The notes below the pieces were generated by a model, which worked only from the letters and a program-made list of their open reading frames with translations, made no database searches and was not told the origin of the DNA. From the IMG/VR virus record IMGVR_UViG_3300005573_000054, positions 95,484-159,483 of that record: 64,000 nt of DNA; one strand, 5' to 3'. The DNA comes from a virus. Numbering within the stretch: position 1 is the first letter of the stretch; each line of letters opens with the position of its first letter. The translations under genes and the position numbers were made by a program. Below, piece after piece: positions 28,094 through 38,391 of this stretch.

Positions 28094-28753
28094 TTGTATG
28101 TTATTAGTGCAAAGCACCCCACGTTGAAGGAGCAAATAATTATGGGTTTTTATACAACGTCTCTACTCTCAAGACCTCTCTTTGAGTATATACACAAAAA
28201 AGCTCCACGGTTAAGTAATATTATAAATAAGGGTATGGAAGTGGGTGCTATGGCTCAAGACGTATTATCTATGTATAATGCATACAGTAGCGTTAAAGCG
28301 GTTTACAGTTTAGCCAAAACTTTCATTAAACTACGCAAGGAATCTGAAAAGAAGGAAACTAAAGAAACGGATACTGAATCAACCGAGCTAAAAGACGAAG
28401 ATTTTTTTCTTCCAGAGGACGAATCTACACCTTCTTCATCAATACTTGAAGCTTCTATGAATTCCAATCTTTCTCGCAGTAGAATAGTTGCGAGTGCTCT
28501 TACAAAGAAGTTCGAACATATTAATCCAAAAATGTCCGATTTAATGCGAAAAACAATTCAACTTGCTGTGAAGTTACCTCCTAAAGAGCAACAAGAGATT
28601 TTAACTGGAGTAGCTTCAATAGCTATAGGTAGTTCTCTTAGACAAAAAGGAGCGTCACCGGAAGCAGCTCAAAAGGCAACCCTTCTTACCACAGCTTCTA
28701 TGCTTAAGGGAAGATGGGATCTTGTTAAAAAACTCACTAAAAAAGCATCTTAA
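28094..28753 (+). CDS. Hypothetical (possible internal virion) protein
   Basis: Acidic linker ending SILE. True start may be about 28142 after AAGGAG. Confidence 0.5.
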   Translation: MYVISAKHPTLKEQIIMGFYTTSLLSRPLFEYIHKKAPRLSNIINKGMEVGAMAQDVLSMYNAYSSVKAVYSLAKTFIKLRKESEKKETKETDTESTELKDEDFFLPEDESTPSSSILEASMNSNLSRSRIVASALTKKFEHINPKMSDLMRKTIQLAVKLPPKEQQEILTGVASIAIGSSLRQKGASPEAAQKATLLTTASMLKGRWDLVKKLTKKAS

Positions 28754-28772
28754 CCCTTTTTAAATAACATAG

Positions 28773-29453
28773 ATGACAAATTTCTTTGATGTCTATAGGC
28801 AAAACTATTATGTTCAGAAGTATATACAACTTCTTCATGATAAGTATCGTATAGTTCAACGTATTATCACTACAGACTATTTTCTGTTCGATGTATCATC
28901 CTCGACATTACAAGTAGAGTTACTTCAAGGTGGAAGTTACCAGGAGATTGGACCCTATTCTCCTATAAAGTATATTTGCGTAAAGGGATGGCCACTTTCG
29001 TTATTTTCGAACTACACAATTTCATCTGTAGGAACTGAGTTTGGAATAGTTAACGAGACAGAACTTGAATGTCTCTTTACTTATTACGAAGGTTGCTTTA
29101 AACCCTCCTTACAAGACCTTGTTGTTATAATGTTTGGAGTGGAGTCCCAAGAACATAAATATTATCTTCCTGTGTTTCGTGTAGCTAATATAGAAGTAAT
29201 GTCTCTTTATAAGTCAAGTTTCTATAAGTTGAAGTTGGTAACGTCAGGAAAGAGATATCACGATCTGCGGAATTATTGGAATCAAGTTGTACAGACGTAT
29301 ATCTTTGATGAGATGTCAAAGAAGATATTACCTCCTGATTCTTATCGTCTCATCAATGAGATACGATTAAGAAAAAGAAATTATGTGGATGAACTCAGTG
29401 TTGAAAAAACCATAGGAAATTATATCTCTTCATTGGGTGTTACTGGACTTTGA
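28773..29453 (+). CDS. Hypothetical virion protein (possible neck/head-closure)
   Basis: FKPSLQDLVVI...VFRV..IE...FYKLKL weakly resembles the gp14-like beta-barrel pattern. Confidence 0.35.
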   Translation: MTNFFDVYRQNYYVQKYIQLLHDKYRIVQRIITTDYFLFDVSSSTLQVELLQGGSYQEIGPYSPIKYICVKGWPLSLFSNYTISSVGTEFGIVNETELECLFTYYEGCFKPSLQDLVVIMFGVESQEHKYYLPVFRVANIEVMSLYKSSFYKLKLVTSGKRYHDLRNYWNQVVQTYIFDEMSKKILPPDSYRLINEIRLRKRNYVDELSVEKTIGNYISSLGVTGL

Positions 29454-30399
29454 AAACTTTATAGGAGAACTATCTCTAATGTTGAGAGAAGAGATCGAGA
29501 AAAACGTAGTTATCCTTGAGACACTCGAGTCGACGTTTATTACTTATTCCCGGGGAAGCGTTGTTTACCAACAGTTTTACAGTACGTTTCTAAAAGTAGT
29601 TCCTAAAGAGCTGATACAGAGTGGATGGGATATAATTAAAGAGTACTTCTCTCAGAGACTTCCTAAACTGCTTTCTTCGCCTTACGCAGGTTACTGGTTT
29701 TATTGCGTAGATCTTGCGTATAGAGCGATTGATAGGAATTATCAGCTTGTTACCGAATTTCTCCGACGGCTTAATAGAGTTTACACACTTATTCATATAA
29801 ATTCACTTGTATTTAAATTTATCCCACACCATTTCGATCCTGAGACTTGGAACAAAGCGGTTATTTCTTCGAAAGTAAAATATCTTAAGATGGGTCATGA
29901 GTTTGTAGCAGATGTTTTTTCAAAGTCGTTGACTAAACGTCTTGAAGAGAAATACTTCAATATGGGAAGAAGAGGGCTTATAAAAGCTTATTTTGAGCTT
30001 CGACATAGAGTAGCACAGATGATTAAACATGTTATTACTACGTATTATGTTCTAGCTCGAGTTAAACAGTCGAAGACCTCAGTTAGTAATGAGCAATACG
30101 TTAGTAGATCACTTATCTTCCTTCACCAACTTTCTTTGAGTCCTCCAGAGATTCAAGAAGACTTCGTCTCTCAGTTGCATGAGTGTGAAGCCATCACAAG
30201 AAAGTTTATCGAGAATTTTTCGAATATCAACCAGCAGAGTTTAGAATTTGTTGTTAGGAATATTGTTCAAGGAGTGTCAGACGTTTCATTCTATCTCAAT
30301 AATATTACCTTCAAAGAAGTTGTTGATTCTATTCAAGAAGAGCTTTCACCCGAAGTAGTAGAATGTATTATAGAAATTATTAAAAGGTCAATTAGGTAA
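29437..30399 (+). CDS. Hypothetical protein
   Basis: 320-aa ORF in the operon. Confidence 0.55.
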   Translation: MLLDFENFIGELSLMLREEIEKNVVILETLESTFITYSRGSVVYQQFYSTFLKVVPKELIQSGWDIIKEYFSQRLPKLLSSPYAGYWFYCVDLAYRAIDRNYQLVTEFLRRLNRVYTLIHINSLVFKFIPHHFDPETWNKAVISSKVKYLKMGHEFVADVFSKSLTKRLEEKYFNMGRRGLIKAYFELRHRVAQMIKHVITTYYVLARVKQSKTSVSNEQYVSRSLIFLHQLSLSPPEIQEDFVSQLHECEAITRKFIENFSNINQQSLEFVVRNIVQGVSDVSFYLNNITFKEVVDSIQEELSPEVVECIIEIIKRSIR

Positions 30400-30412
30400 G
30401 AAGTAGGTTGTT

Positions 30413-33400
30413 ATGGCTACTTTTATTCCGTCTCTTGCCACTCGATCGCTAATATATGCTGCAAAGTATGTTCCATCGAAAATTCTATCGAGAAAGAGAG
30501 AACCTTCTGAATCTCCGCTTTCTCGGAAGCTTTTAGGTGAAAGTAGACGGATTAAAGCATTAATTCCTGTAAATATTTCACGGCTAAGAGCGCTTCCAGA
30601 GAAACTTGAAATCTCTAGACGTGAGTTGAAAACACTGTCAGTAGCTTCTGTTTCTCCAGTAGTCGCGGCTTTCCAGTCGCTAGTTGCCGATGAGCAAGAC
30701 GTTATCTCTGCAAATTTTGAAAAGCAAAATGAAATCATCTCTGAACAAGTGAGAGAGACAAAAGGCATTAAATTCTTTCTTGAAGAGAAGTTGTCTGGAG
30801 TGATCGGTAGTGGTTTTTGGGAGTATCTGGGTATTAGTAAAGGTCTGCTAAAGAAAGGGTTTGTTGCTTGGCTTGCTTCTATACCTATACTTGAACGATT
30901 CGCCTTTCAACCTGGATTTAGTAAAGGACAGCTCGTAAGTGACGCGCTGAGACAGTTTACCACGACTTTGTTAGGTAAAGGTAGTGTAGTATCAGGAATT
31001 GCGTCAATTTTCGCAGACACTTTTATAGGAAAATTCTTTGAGAGACTTTCAGAGCCAAAGAGTGCTTTCGGAAAACGTCTATCTGCATTTTTCAAGTTTA
31101 TAGAGACAATGCCTACTAAGGCACCGCTATTGACTGATGTTTTGCTTAGACAACTGTACTCAAAATCACCCTTTTTGGGTATGGCTGGAAGCGCTCTTGG
31201 AGGTATGAAACCATCACAAACTCTTAAATACCTGTGGATGCCTCGACTTATACCTGGATGGTCGTCTCTGCCAATTATACAGATGTTCATTGAAGGATTT
31301 CAGGCAAGTCTTAAGAAAATCCTTGAAGCCACTGAGAAAGCAAGAGAAAAGCTTCTTTCGTCTTTGGAAAGTCGTTTTACTAAATTACAAGAAAGCACCT
31401 CAAATTTTCTTGATAGATGGTCGATAGGGTTTTTCAAGAGGTTCTCGAGGTTTCTTCTAGAAGAAATTCCTAGACGGATATCTGCGAGAGAGACTCTTAC
31501 TAAGGGTCTCGTTAGATCTCTGTTGCTTATCTCTCCCGAGTATAGAATGGTTGAGGGTTTAGTGACGGGAAAGACGTGGCAAATTATATATGGACAGTTT
31601 GGTAAAAAATTTCCAGTATTGTATAAAGTCTTGAACATTGGTAAGTTTGTCGAAGATCTAGTCTTGTTCCCTTTGAAAAAAATCTTCCAGTTTCTTGATG
31701 AAAGGACAAAAGGCTTCTTATCGAGACTACGCAAGAGGATTCAAGATATCTTTAGTTTTATTATGCGAAGTATGTTCATAATGAGCTCTGATTTGTTAAA
31801 AGTGTTTTCCTCTAAGATCGTACCAGAGGTTCTAAAGTTTGTCTTGGTTAAGATTCCATCTACTTTTTATAAAGAAATGAGAAAGATTTATGAGTCAGAG
31901 TTTTTCGTCTTTGTGAGGAAAAAGTTTAAAGAATTGTTCCAGGAAGTAAAAGGTGGCTTTTTGAAACTGGTTAGTGTAATAGGAAAACCATTTTCCAAAA
32001 TACTTAAAGGAATAGGAGGATGGTTCTCTAAACCGTTTGAATTAATCAAGGAAAGATTTCCTGGAATTTTTGGAAAAGTATTTGAGAAAGTTCTTGTACC
32101 TTTGAGAAAAATTGGTGAGACCCCAATCGGAAGATATTTGAAGAGCGTGCGTGAGAGGGCTCTTAAGAGAGAGGCAGAAAGACAACCTCTATTAGGAGCT
32201 ATATGGCAGGAGATGAAGGGTCTTCGTGGAGATTTTACGAGTGAAGTGATGAAGAAAGTTTCTTCTTTGCTTGAAGAGATTAGACAAAAAACTTCTGATG
32301 TTGCTGGTGAGGTTTCTTCTTCGAAGGGAATTCTACAAAAGGTTCTTGAAAAGTTTAGTTCTGTGATAGAAGAATCGTGGATTAGAGTGAGGCAAGTTTT
32401 GGGTCAAGAGCCACCTTATTATAAAAGTAAAAGATCTGAAAGTTACGTATATACTAGTGAAAGAGCGTTTGAGAAAGAACGGAAGAAACTTCTAGAAGAG
32501 AAAAGGAGGCAGTTAGAAAAAGGAATTGTTCTGTCGAGTCACGTTCCTACTACTGAACCTGTTAAAAACGAATTTAAGGAAAATTCAGAGAAACTTACAG
32601 AGAAAGTTAAAAACAACTTAGAAAAAGGGATCGTTCCTGACATTCATAGTAAACCAATACACGAAGAAGAACAGACAAAGGGTCCAGAGAAACTTACAGA
32701 GAAAGTCAAAAACAACCACAGTAAACCAACACGCGAAGGAGAACAGACAGAGGGTCCAAAGAAAACAATATACGGTAGGCTTAGAGACAGGTTTACGCAG
32801 ATACTTCAAAGAAAACTTTTCGGCCAAGAAGAACTTTTCTCTCAAATCACAAACCTCCTTTCTAAAACAGTAGGACATCTTAGAGATATTAGTAAGAATA
32901 CTGGAGAAATGAAGGAAACGAATAAGTTCTTCAAGTGGCTTAAGAAATGGTTACTCTCTAAAGAGTTTCTCGATGTGATATCGAAAGTGTTCTCAGGGAT
33001 ATTCTCTATAGGCAAAACCGCATTTGAAACCGTAGGAAATATCTTAAGTTCCGCAGGTAGTTTCGTTCTTGGAAGAGTCTTAGGAAGGGGTAAAAGAGGA
33101 ACTGTAAAAGCTCCTCCTTCGACAAAAGGAACAAAAGTTCCTTTCCTGAAAAAGCTTCCTAAGCTTCCCTTAAAAGGAGGAGCACTAGCGTTTATGGGGT
33201 ATGATGTTCTTAGCACGTATTTACAGTCGGGAAGCGTTGCAAAGACCGCCAAGAACTTCTTCTTGGGTAATACTGAGGTGAGATCATTTGGTGGTCGTAT
33301 GGGAAACGCGATTTCCCAGGGTCTTCAGTATGCCGCTTTGGGTTCATTTTTTGGACCTATGGGTGCACTTATTGGAGGTCTGGCAGGAGCTGCTGTAGGT

Positions 33401-34474
33401 GCTTTTGCTCCCGAGATAAAGAGTCTCTTCGGTGGGTGGAGATCTTCGTCTGTACCAACAAGTTCTAGAGTGACCGGTAGAGAAAAACCTATATCGGTGT
33501 CATATGCTCCAAGAGAGGCAGCAACAAGAGGACTCGGAAAGATTAGTGAAGAACAACTCGAAAACCTGAGGAAACAGAACTTTGGTGTGTTAACTGCTTT
33601 GGGAGAAACAGGGACCACAGACTTCTCTAAAGGAATGTCAGTAGTGTCTACAAGACCAGGTGATGTTTCATATGGAACTTTCCAGTTTACCCCAGAAACT
33701 ATGAAGAGGTTCTTGGAGCGATCTGGATTTTCTGACATGTTCTCAGGTCATGTTGTAGGAACTGAGTCTTTTAGAAGAAGATGGCAAGAGATAGTAAAGA
33801 GTAACCCGGAAATTGAGAAGAAGTATTATGAGTTTGCTATGAATGAGTATCTTATACCTGCTCAAGAGCAAGCCAAGAAACTTGGTATTGATATAGAGGG
33901 TTCGAGAGCACTTAATGAAGTCTTATTCTCGAGAGCAATCCAACATGGAGTTGGTGGTCTTTCTCGGATTATGGAAAGGGCATTTAAGGGACTTTCTCCA
34001 GAGGAAATTAAAACTCTTTCTAAAGAAGAGATAATCACAAGAATCTATAAAGAGATTATTAATAACGCAGATAAGTATTTTTCGAAACGTCCACCCAGAG
34101 AGATACAAGCCACTGTAAATAGACTCGTGAGAGAGCATGATACCTCAATAAGGTGGCTTAAAAAAGAAGAAGAGGAACAAAAAATGGCTTCTGTTGAGTC
34201 CAAGGCACTGAAGAAAACAACAGAGGATATGAAAAAAATAGAAGAAGAAAGACAGGCTCTTGAGCATAAGTCTCGAGAAGAGGAGAAACAGAAGGAAAAA
34301 GAGGAGAAAAAAGAGAAAGAAAAACAAGTTTATCCTCAACCACAGATTACCCCAGTCAATACGGGAAATATAGTTAGTACAAGTACTGTCGTTAACCAAG
34401 TTAACCCTGTTCCTTCCACTCCCTATCTTTATCCCGAAACAACACCTTGGTCGTGGGTTCCAACAAGAGGATAG
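30413..34474 (+). CDS. Tape-measure-like protein with C-terminal peptidoglycan hydrolase (VgrG3-C/lysozyme-like) domain
   Basis: Long amphipathic helical region and GxxxG-rich segment (GPMGALIGGLAGAAVG). GETG...VSYGTFQF...SRALNEVLFSRAIQHG...NRLVRE motifs. Confidence 0.7.
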   Translation: MATFIPSLATRSLIYAAKYVPSKILSRKREPSESPLSRKLLGESRRIKALIPVNISRLRALPEKLEISRRELKTLSVASVSPVVAAFQSLVADEQDVISANFEKQNEIISEQVRETKGIKFFLEEKLSGVIGSGFWEYLGISKGLLKKGFVAWLASIPILERFAFQPGFSKGQLVSDALRQFTTTLLGKGSVVSGIASIFADTFIGKFFERLSEPKSAFGKRLSAFFKFIETMPTKAPLLTDVLLRQLYSKSPFLGMAGSALGGMKPSQTLKYLWMPRLIPGWSSLPIIQMFIEGFQASLKKILEATEKAREKLLSSLESRFTKLQESTSNFLDRWSIGFFKRFSRFLLEEIPRRISARETLTKGLVRSLLLISPEYRMVEGLVTGKTWQIIYGQFGKKFPVLYKVLNIGKFVEDLVLFPLKKIFQFLDERTKGFLSRLRKRIQDIFSFIMRSMFIMSSDLLKVFSSKIVPEVLKFVLVKIPSTFYKEMRKIYESEFFVFVRKKFKELFQEVKGGFLKLVSVIGKPFSKILKGIGGWFSKPFELIKERFPGIFGKVFEKVLVPLRKIGETPIGRYLKSVRERALKREAERQPLLGAIWQEMKGLRGDFTSEVMKKVSSLLEEIRQKTSDVAGEVSSSKGILQKVLEKFSSVIEESWIRVRQVLGQEPPYYKSKRSESYVYTSERAFEKERKKLLEEKRRQLEKGIVLSSHVPTTEPVKNEFKENSEKLTEKVKNNLEKGIVPDIHSKPIHEEEQTKGPEKLTEKVKNNHSKPTREGEQTEGPKKTIYGRLRDRFTQILQRKLFGQEELFSQITNLLSKTVGHLRDISKNTGEMKETNKFFKWLKKWLLSKEFLDVISKVFSGIFSIGKTAFETVGNILSSAGSFVLGRVLGRGKRGTVKAPPSTKGTKVPFLKKLPKLPLKGGALAFMGYDVLSTYLQSGSVAKTAKNFFLGNTEVRSFGGRMGNAISQGLQYAALGSFFGPMGALIGGLAGAAVGAFAPEIKSLFGGWRSSSVPTSSRVTGREKPISVSYAPREAATRGLGKISEEQLENLRKQNFGVLTALGETGTTDFSKGMSVVSTRPGDVSYGTFQFTPETMKRFLERSGFSDMFSGHVVGTESFRRRWQEIVKSNPEIEKKYYEFAMNEYLIPAQEQAKKLGIDIEGSRALNEVLFSRAIQHGVGGLSRIMERAFKGLSPEEIKTLSKEEIITRIYKEIINNADKYFSKRPPREIQATVNRLVREHDTSIRWLKKEEEEQKMASVESKALKKTTEDMKKIEEERQALEHKSREEEKQKEKEEKKEKEKQVYPQPQITPVNTGNIVSTSTVVNQVNPVPSTPYLYPETTPWSWVPTRG

Positions 34475-34484
34475 GAGGTTAGAG

Positions 34485-35540
34485 ATGCCTTTCCTGAGTA
34501 GACTTGGTAGGTTAAACTGTGTTTCTGTAAGTCTTGATTCAATGACAACGTTTGTTGCTGGTCTTCCACCTATAAGCGAAGGAACGAGTTTTCCTGCAAG
34601 TGAGTTGGTGCTTGCTCAGAGAGGGATATCATCGTATCTCCTTGTTCCTTGTGATATAGCAGAAGATAAAAAGATCACGGATGTAATTTTAAGCTTTAAT
34701 ATAGATATGATTCAAGAGAAAAGGGATATCCCAAGTATACTGTTTTTTACCACAGAGCGACCTACTATCTCTGTAGATGTTAACAACGATCTTTCTCCGT
34801 CAATTTTTGAACAACTTCTCCAATACTCAAGTAGAGTTACGGAGATAATACAGGCTTTGAATTTACAGAAAACAGTTGAGCAGATTCTTGAAGGAATTCC
34901 TGGGTTTGGAGATTTGTTACATGAGACGAAGGGTGGAGTTTTAAGTTCACTTTCGAAGGTGATCGCGGGACGTCTTGCTGGTTATGCGTCTACTTTTCCT
35001 CAGGTGTGGAGAGGAACAACTGTGAGTAGAGAGTATAGCTTTAATATAAACCATCAAGTTTGGCTTTCGGAAGATCCTGTTCAGGAAACTCGAGATTTTC
35101 TCTCATGTTTTGGAAGATTTGTGTTTCCCAGGTCTCTTGGCTCAAAAGATGAATCTCATGTCAGTGAATCAATACAGACTATTGGTTCAAAATCAGGATC
35201 AGAGGCTCAACAAGATGAAATCACTCATTTCTGGCATCTGATGTTTAAGTTTCCGTATTTTTGTAAACTTCTTGACGCTAGAACAGGTGAAACTCTTGTA
35301 AATGTGGGTATGGTCGATACGGGTAGTATAAAACTTGATCCAGGTGATTCTCTGTGGTCTGGTACTCCAGCTGTTTTGAGAGTTTCGTTTTCTGTGAAAC
35401 CTCTTCTTCCTATTATTATTAATACTGGACAGGAGCAGAGTTCTGGTAACGTCACTACAATGGACGAGTGGATACAGGCTGTTAGTGGTTCCACAGGAAG
35501 AGTTTCTTCACCTTTTATTGATGCTCGTGGAGATATCTAG
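34485..35540 (+). CDS. Putative baseplate/tail-tube initiator protein
   Basis: Directly follows the tape measure. FPQVWRGTTVSREYSF and P...V.FSVKPL pattern. Confidence 0.45.
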   Translation: MPFLSRLGRLNCVSVSLDSMTTFVAGLPPISEGTSFPASELVLAQRGISSYLLVPCDIAEDKKITDVILSFNIDMIQEKRDIPSILFFTTERPTISVDVNNDLSPSIFEQLLQYSSRVTEIIQALNLQKTVEQILEGIPGFGDLLHETKGGVLSSLSKVIAGRLAGYASTFPQVWRGTTVSREYSFNINHQVWLSEDPVQETRDFLSCFGRFVFPRSLGSKDESHVSESIQTIGSKSGSEAQQDEITHFWHLMFKFPYFCKLLDARTGETLVNVGMVDTGSIKLDPGDSLWSGTPAVLRVSFSVKPLLPIIINTGQEQSSGNVTTMDEWIQAVSGSTGRVSSPFIDARGDI

Positions 35541-35629
35541 TTAAAATATAGTTGTTCTTTCAGAAAAAAATCGATAACACATTTCACCATTTTCCAATTT
35601 TTTTACTTGAAGAAAGGAGTATTGAAGCT

Positions 35630-36622
35630 ATGAGTAATGCCCTTGGTTTGTTGTGGATAAATAAATATAGACCGTCTTCATTGGATGAGATCGTTCTTCC
35701 TGAATCAGTTAAAGAGGTCGTTATGTCGTGGATTGAGGAGCCTGAGAGTTTACCACATCTTTTGTTTATTGGACCTCCTGGTTGTGGAAAAACGACTCTC
35801 GCTAATATCATTGTGAAGTCCATTTTGAAACATGCATCAGATTATATGTTTTTGAATGGGTCTACAGAAAGAGGACTTCAAGTAGTAAGGGATGATATCA
35901 GAGAGTTTATAAGGTATGAGCCTGTGTTTAGTCGTATAAAGATCTTGTTCATTGATGAAGCTGATAATTTGACTCAAGAGGCGTTTAAGGCTCTGAGAGC
36001 AGAGATGGAAAGTGTTACAACTTGTAAGATTATGATGACTGGAAATTTTGATGTGTTTCCAGAGCCTTTGAAATCGAGGTGTCAAGTTATTTATTTTAAG
36101 CCACTTCCTAAAGACCTCGTTTACCAAAAGGTGAAAGAAATCTTCACAAAAGAAAATATCTCCTATAGAGAAGAAGACCTAATAAAACTTATAGACATGT
36201 TTTACCCAGACCTTAGAAAAATAATTAATTACTCTCAGTTGGCGTGTTCTTCGCAAAGCAGTAACAATGAATTTGATATCGATAAAGTTCTTAAGATAAT
36301 GGGTTCTGATGATAGACTTTCTCAGTTATTGTGTGATCTACTTAAAGAGAATCATACGAGGGAAGAAGAGATTTTGTATAACCAGATTCTCTGTTACGTA
36401 GACGAAAATCAACATCTTGGTTCCTCTTTGTTTTTGAAAGTAATTAAAGACGCTTCAGAGAAGTTTAAGTCGATTCCCGAGTATGTTCCAGTAAGACTTC
36501 AGATGGGAAAATACGCTAACATAATCAAAGATTCTCCAATCCCTTCTTTGACTTTCCTTGAGCTTATAACAAAGATTAGGTACCTTAAGAAAGTACTTCA
36601 GCTTCGTAAAGTGAGTAGATAA
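35630..36622 (+). CDS. Clamp loader ATPase subunit (RFC small/T4 gp44-like)
   Basis: LWINKYRP, GPPGCGKTT, LFIDEAD, SRC and PDLRKIIN motifs. ATG 35630 follows AAGGAG. Confidence 0.9.
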   Translation: MSNALGLLWINKYRPSSLDEIVLPESVKEVVMSWIEEPESLPHLLFIGPPGCGKTTLANIIVKSILKHASDYMFLNGSTERGLQVVRDDIREFIRYEPVFSRIKILFIDEADNLTQEAFKALRAEMESVTTCKIMMTGNFDVFPEPLKSRCQVIYFKPLPKDLVYQKVKEIFTKENISYREEDLIKLIDMFYPDLRKIINYSQLACSSQSSNNEFDIDKVLKIMGSDDRLSQLLCDLLKENHTREEEILYNQILCYVDENQHLGSSLFLKVIKDASEKFKSIPEYVPVRLQMGKYANIIKDSPIPSLTFLELITKIRYLKKVLQLRKVSR

Positions 36623-36623
36623 T

Positions 36624-37742
36624 ATGTTACCCGTGGAAATAGTAGAAAGTATCAAGAAGAGTCTAGAGAAGATAACGGGAAAGAGTGTGAAGATGACGTC
36701 GTCTGGAGAAATAGAGTCTCGATGTCCCTTTTGTGGTGGGTCATTGTCGAGAGTGTTTAAGAGGCAATTTTACCTTGGGGTTTCTCAAGCGCCATTTCTT
36801 TTCTACTGTTTTAGGTGTCAAGCAAAAGGAACTCTTGCAGATCTTATAAGATTTTTATCAAGCAAAGGTTTCACATTATCTTTGCCAGAAAAAGCTCCAG
36901 GGAGAACGTCAGAGAAAGTCTCAGAAGGTTCTAGAAGTAAAGGTGAAACTAGTTTCTGGGAAAATTACATCGCTGTTGAAGGGACTAAGTCGAAATTATG
37001 TGACCGATGTAGAGAATATCTTCTACAAAGAATTGGAAGTTTTATCACTCAAGAAACCCCTCTTTCCCTTAAAAACGAGATCTTTGATTGGTTCTTTTGT
37101 TGTAAAGACGTTAGTAGAATTTTTTCGAAACCCTTAAACATGATTGGGGTTCCTTCTGCGTTTGCATCGTATATGATACTTAGGAGCAACTCTCTCGAAA
37201 GCAAGTTTTTTAAGTATACTGCATTATCAGGAAAAAACGATCGAAAACCTAAAGATTTTCCAGTGCTTTTTTACGAAAACAACGCTTCAGGTAAGGACAC
37301 AAACGTAGTTATTTTTGCGGAAGGAGTGTTTACAGGAATTGGTGGTCTACTCCAACTCTATAACACACTTTTCAAAGAATACTCGAAGCTCTTCTTGTTT
37401 ATAACCTCGGGAAAGTCAAATTACTCAAGTTGTTTTGAATTTGTGCCTGTTTTTCTTAGAGTAACGAATCCTGAAGAACCGCTTACTGAGATATACGAAA
37501 AGACTGATGTGTTTGTGTTAAGCGATAATGATGTTGAGAAAGAGTATTATCAAAAGAAAGTCGCGAAGAAGATAAGTCTCTTAAACAGGGTTTTCTTTGT
37601 GAAAGGAGTGAATATTGTTTACCCGGAAAAGTATAAAGGAAGTGTAAAAGATTTCGCCGATCCCGTTTCCTCTATAACGAGATTCGTAATAAAACCAGAA
37701 GACTATGAAGTAAGGAGGATAAATTATGATAGAAAAAGCTGA
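36624..37742 (+). CDS. DNA primase (T4 gp61/DnaG-like), divergent
   Basis: Zn finger RCPFCG...CFRC; TOPRIM-like FAEGVF and SDND. Confidence 0.7.
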   Translation: MLPVEIVESIKKSLEKITGKSVKMTSSGEIESRCPFCGGSLSRVFKRQFYLGVSQAPFLFYCFRCQAKGTLADLIRFLSSKGFTLSLPEKAPGRTSEKVSEGSRSKGETSFWENYIAVEGTKSKLCDRCREYLLQRIGSFITQETPLSLKNEIFDWFFCCKDVSRIFSKPLNMIGVPSAFASYMILRSNSLESKFFKYTALSGKNDRKPKDFPVLFYENNASGKDTNVVIFAEGVFTGIGGLLQLYNTLFKEYSKLFLFITSGKSNYSSCFEFVPVFLRVTNPEEPLTEIYEKTDVFVLSDNDVEKEYYQKKVAKKISLLNRVFFVKGVNIVYPEKYKGSVKDFADPVSSITRFVIKPEDYEVRRINYDRKS

Positions 37743-38391
37743 TATGTTCCAAGAGAAAGATAATGAACTCAGTATGTTTGAGTATCTGAGAGAGTACTAC
37801 GAGTTAAAGACGGAAAAACCCTTCGACTATAGGTTACTCCAAAGGAATGAACTTTCTCTCCAAACAAGTTATAACATTCCACCTCTTGAGCTCGATAATC
37901 CTATGTTAACAAAGACTCTGGGAATGTGTATCTTGACAGAGACATTCGTCAAGAAGTCTTATGTCTTTAACCCGAGTGTCTTTAAGTCTCCTAAAAACTT
38001 TGTTCAAATAGAAAGATGGACGTCTCCAAACTACGTCTCTCATAATACATTCCTATGTAACTTTAGTGTCTATATTGGAGATATCCAGATTTTGACAATC
38101 TTTGATGTTCACCCTGAACACTTCTTTTATCAAGCAGAGAATGCGTATAAGATCTCACATTATTGTTATGATGCGACTTGCTTCGCATTCCTTGAGGCAA
38201 GGCTTATAGATGTGTTCAAGCAGGAGAATTCAATCACAATCTGCTTCTTATCCACGATCAATGAGAACCTCTTCGCATGGTCTCGGTATACACTCCTTAG
38301 ATATGGAAGCATACCTGCTCAGAAGTTATTCTCATCATGGTTAAGAAAATATAAATATAGACTTCGACGTTTGGAGAAACCAAATGTTTGA
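37726..38391 (+). CDS. Hypothetical protein
   Basis: AGGAGG RBS. Confidence 0.6.
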   Translation: MIEKADMFQEKDNELSMFEYLREYYELKTEKPFDYRLLQRNELSLQTSYNIPPLELDNPMLTKTLGMCILTETFVKKSYVFNPSVFKSPKNFVQIERWTSPNYVSHNTFLCNFSVYIGDIQILTIFDVHPEHFFYQAENAYKISHYCYDATCFAFLEARLIDVFKQENSITICFLSTINENLFAWSRYTLLRYGSIPAQKLFSSWLRKYKYRLRRLEKPNV

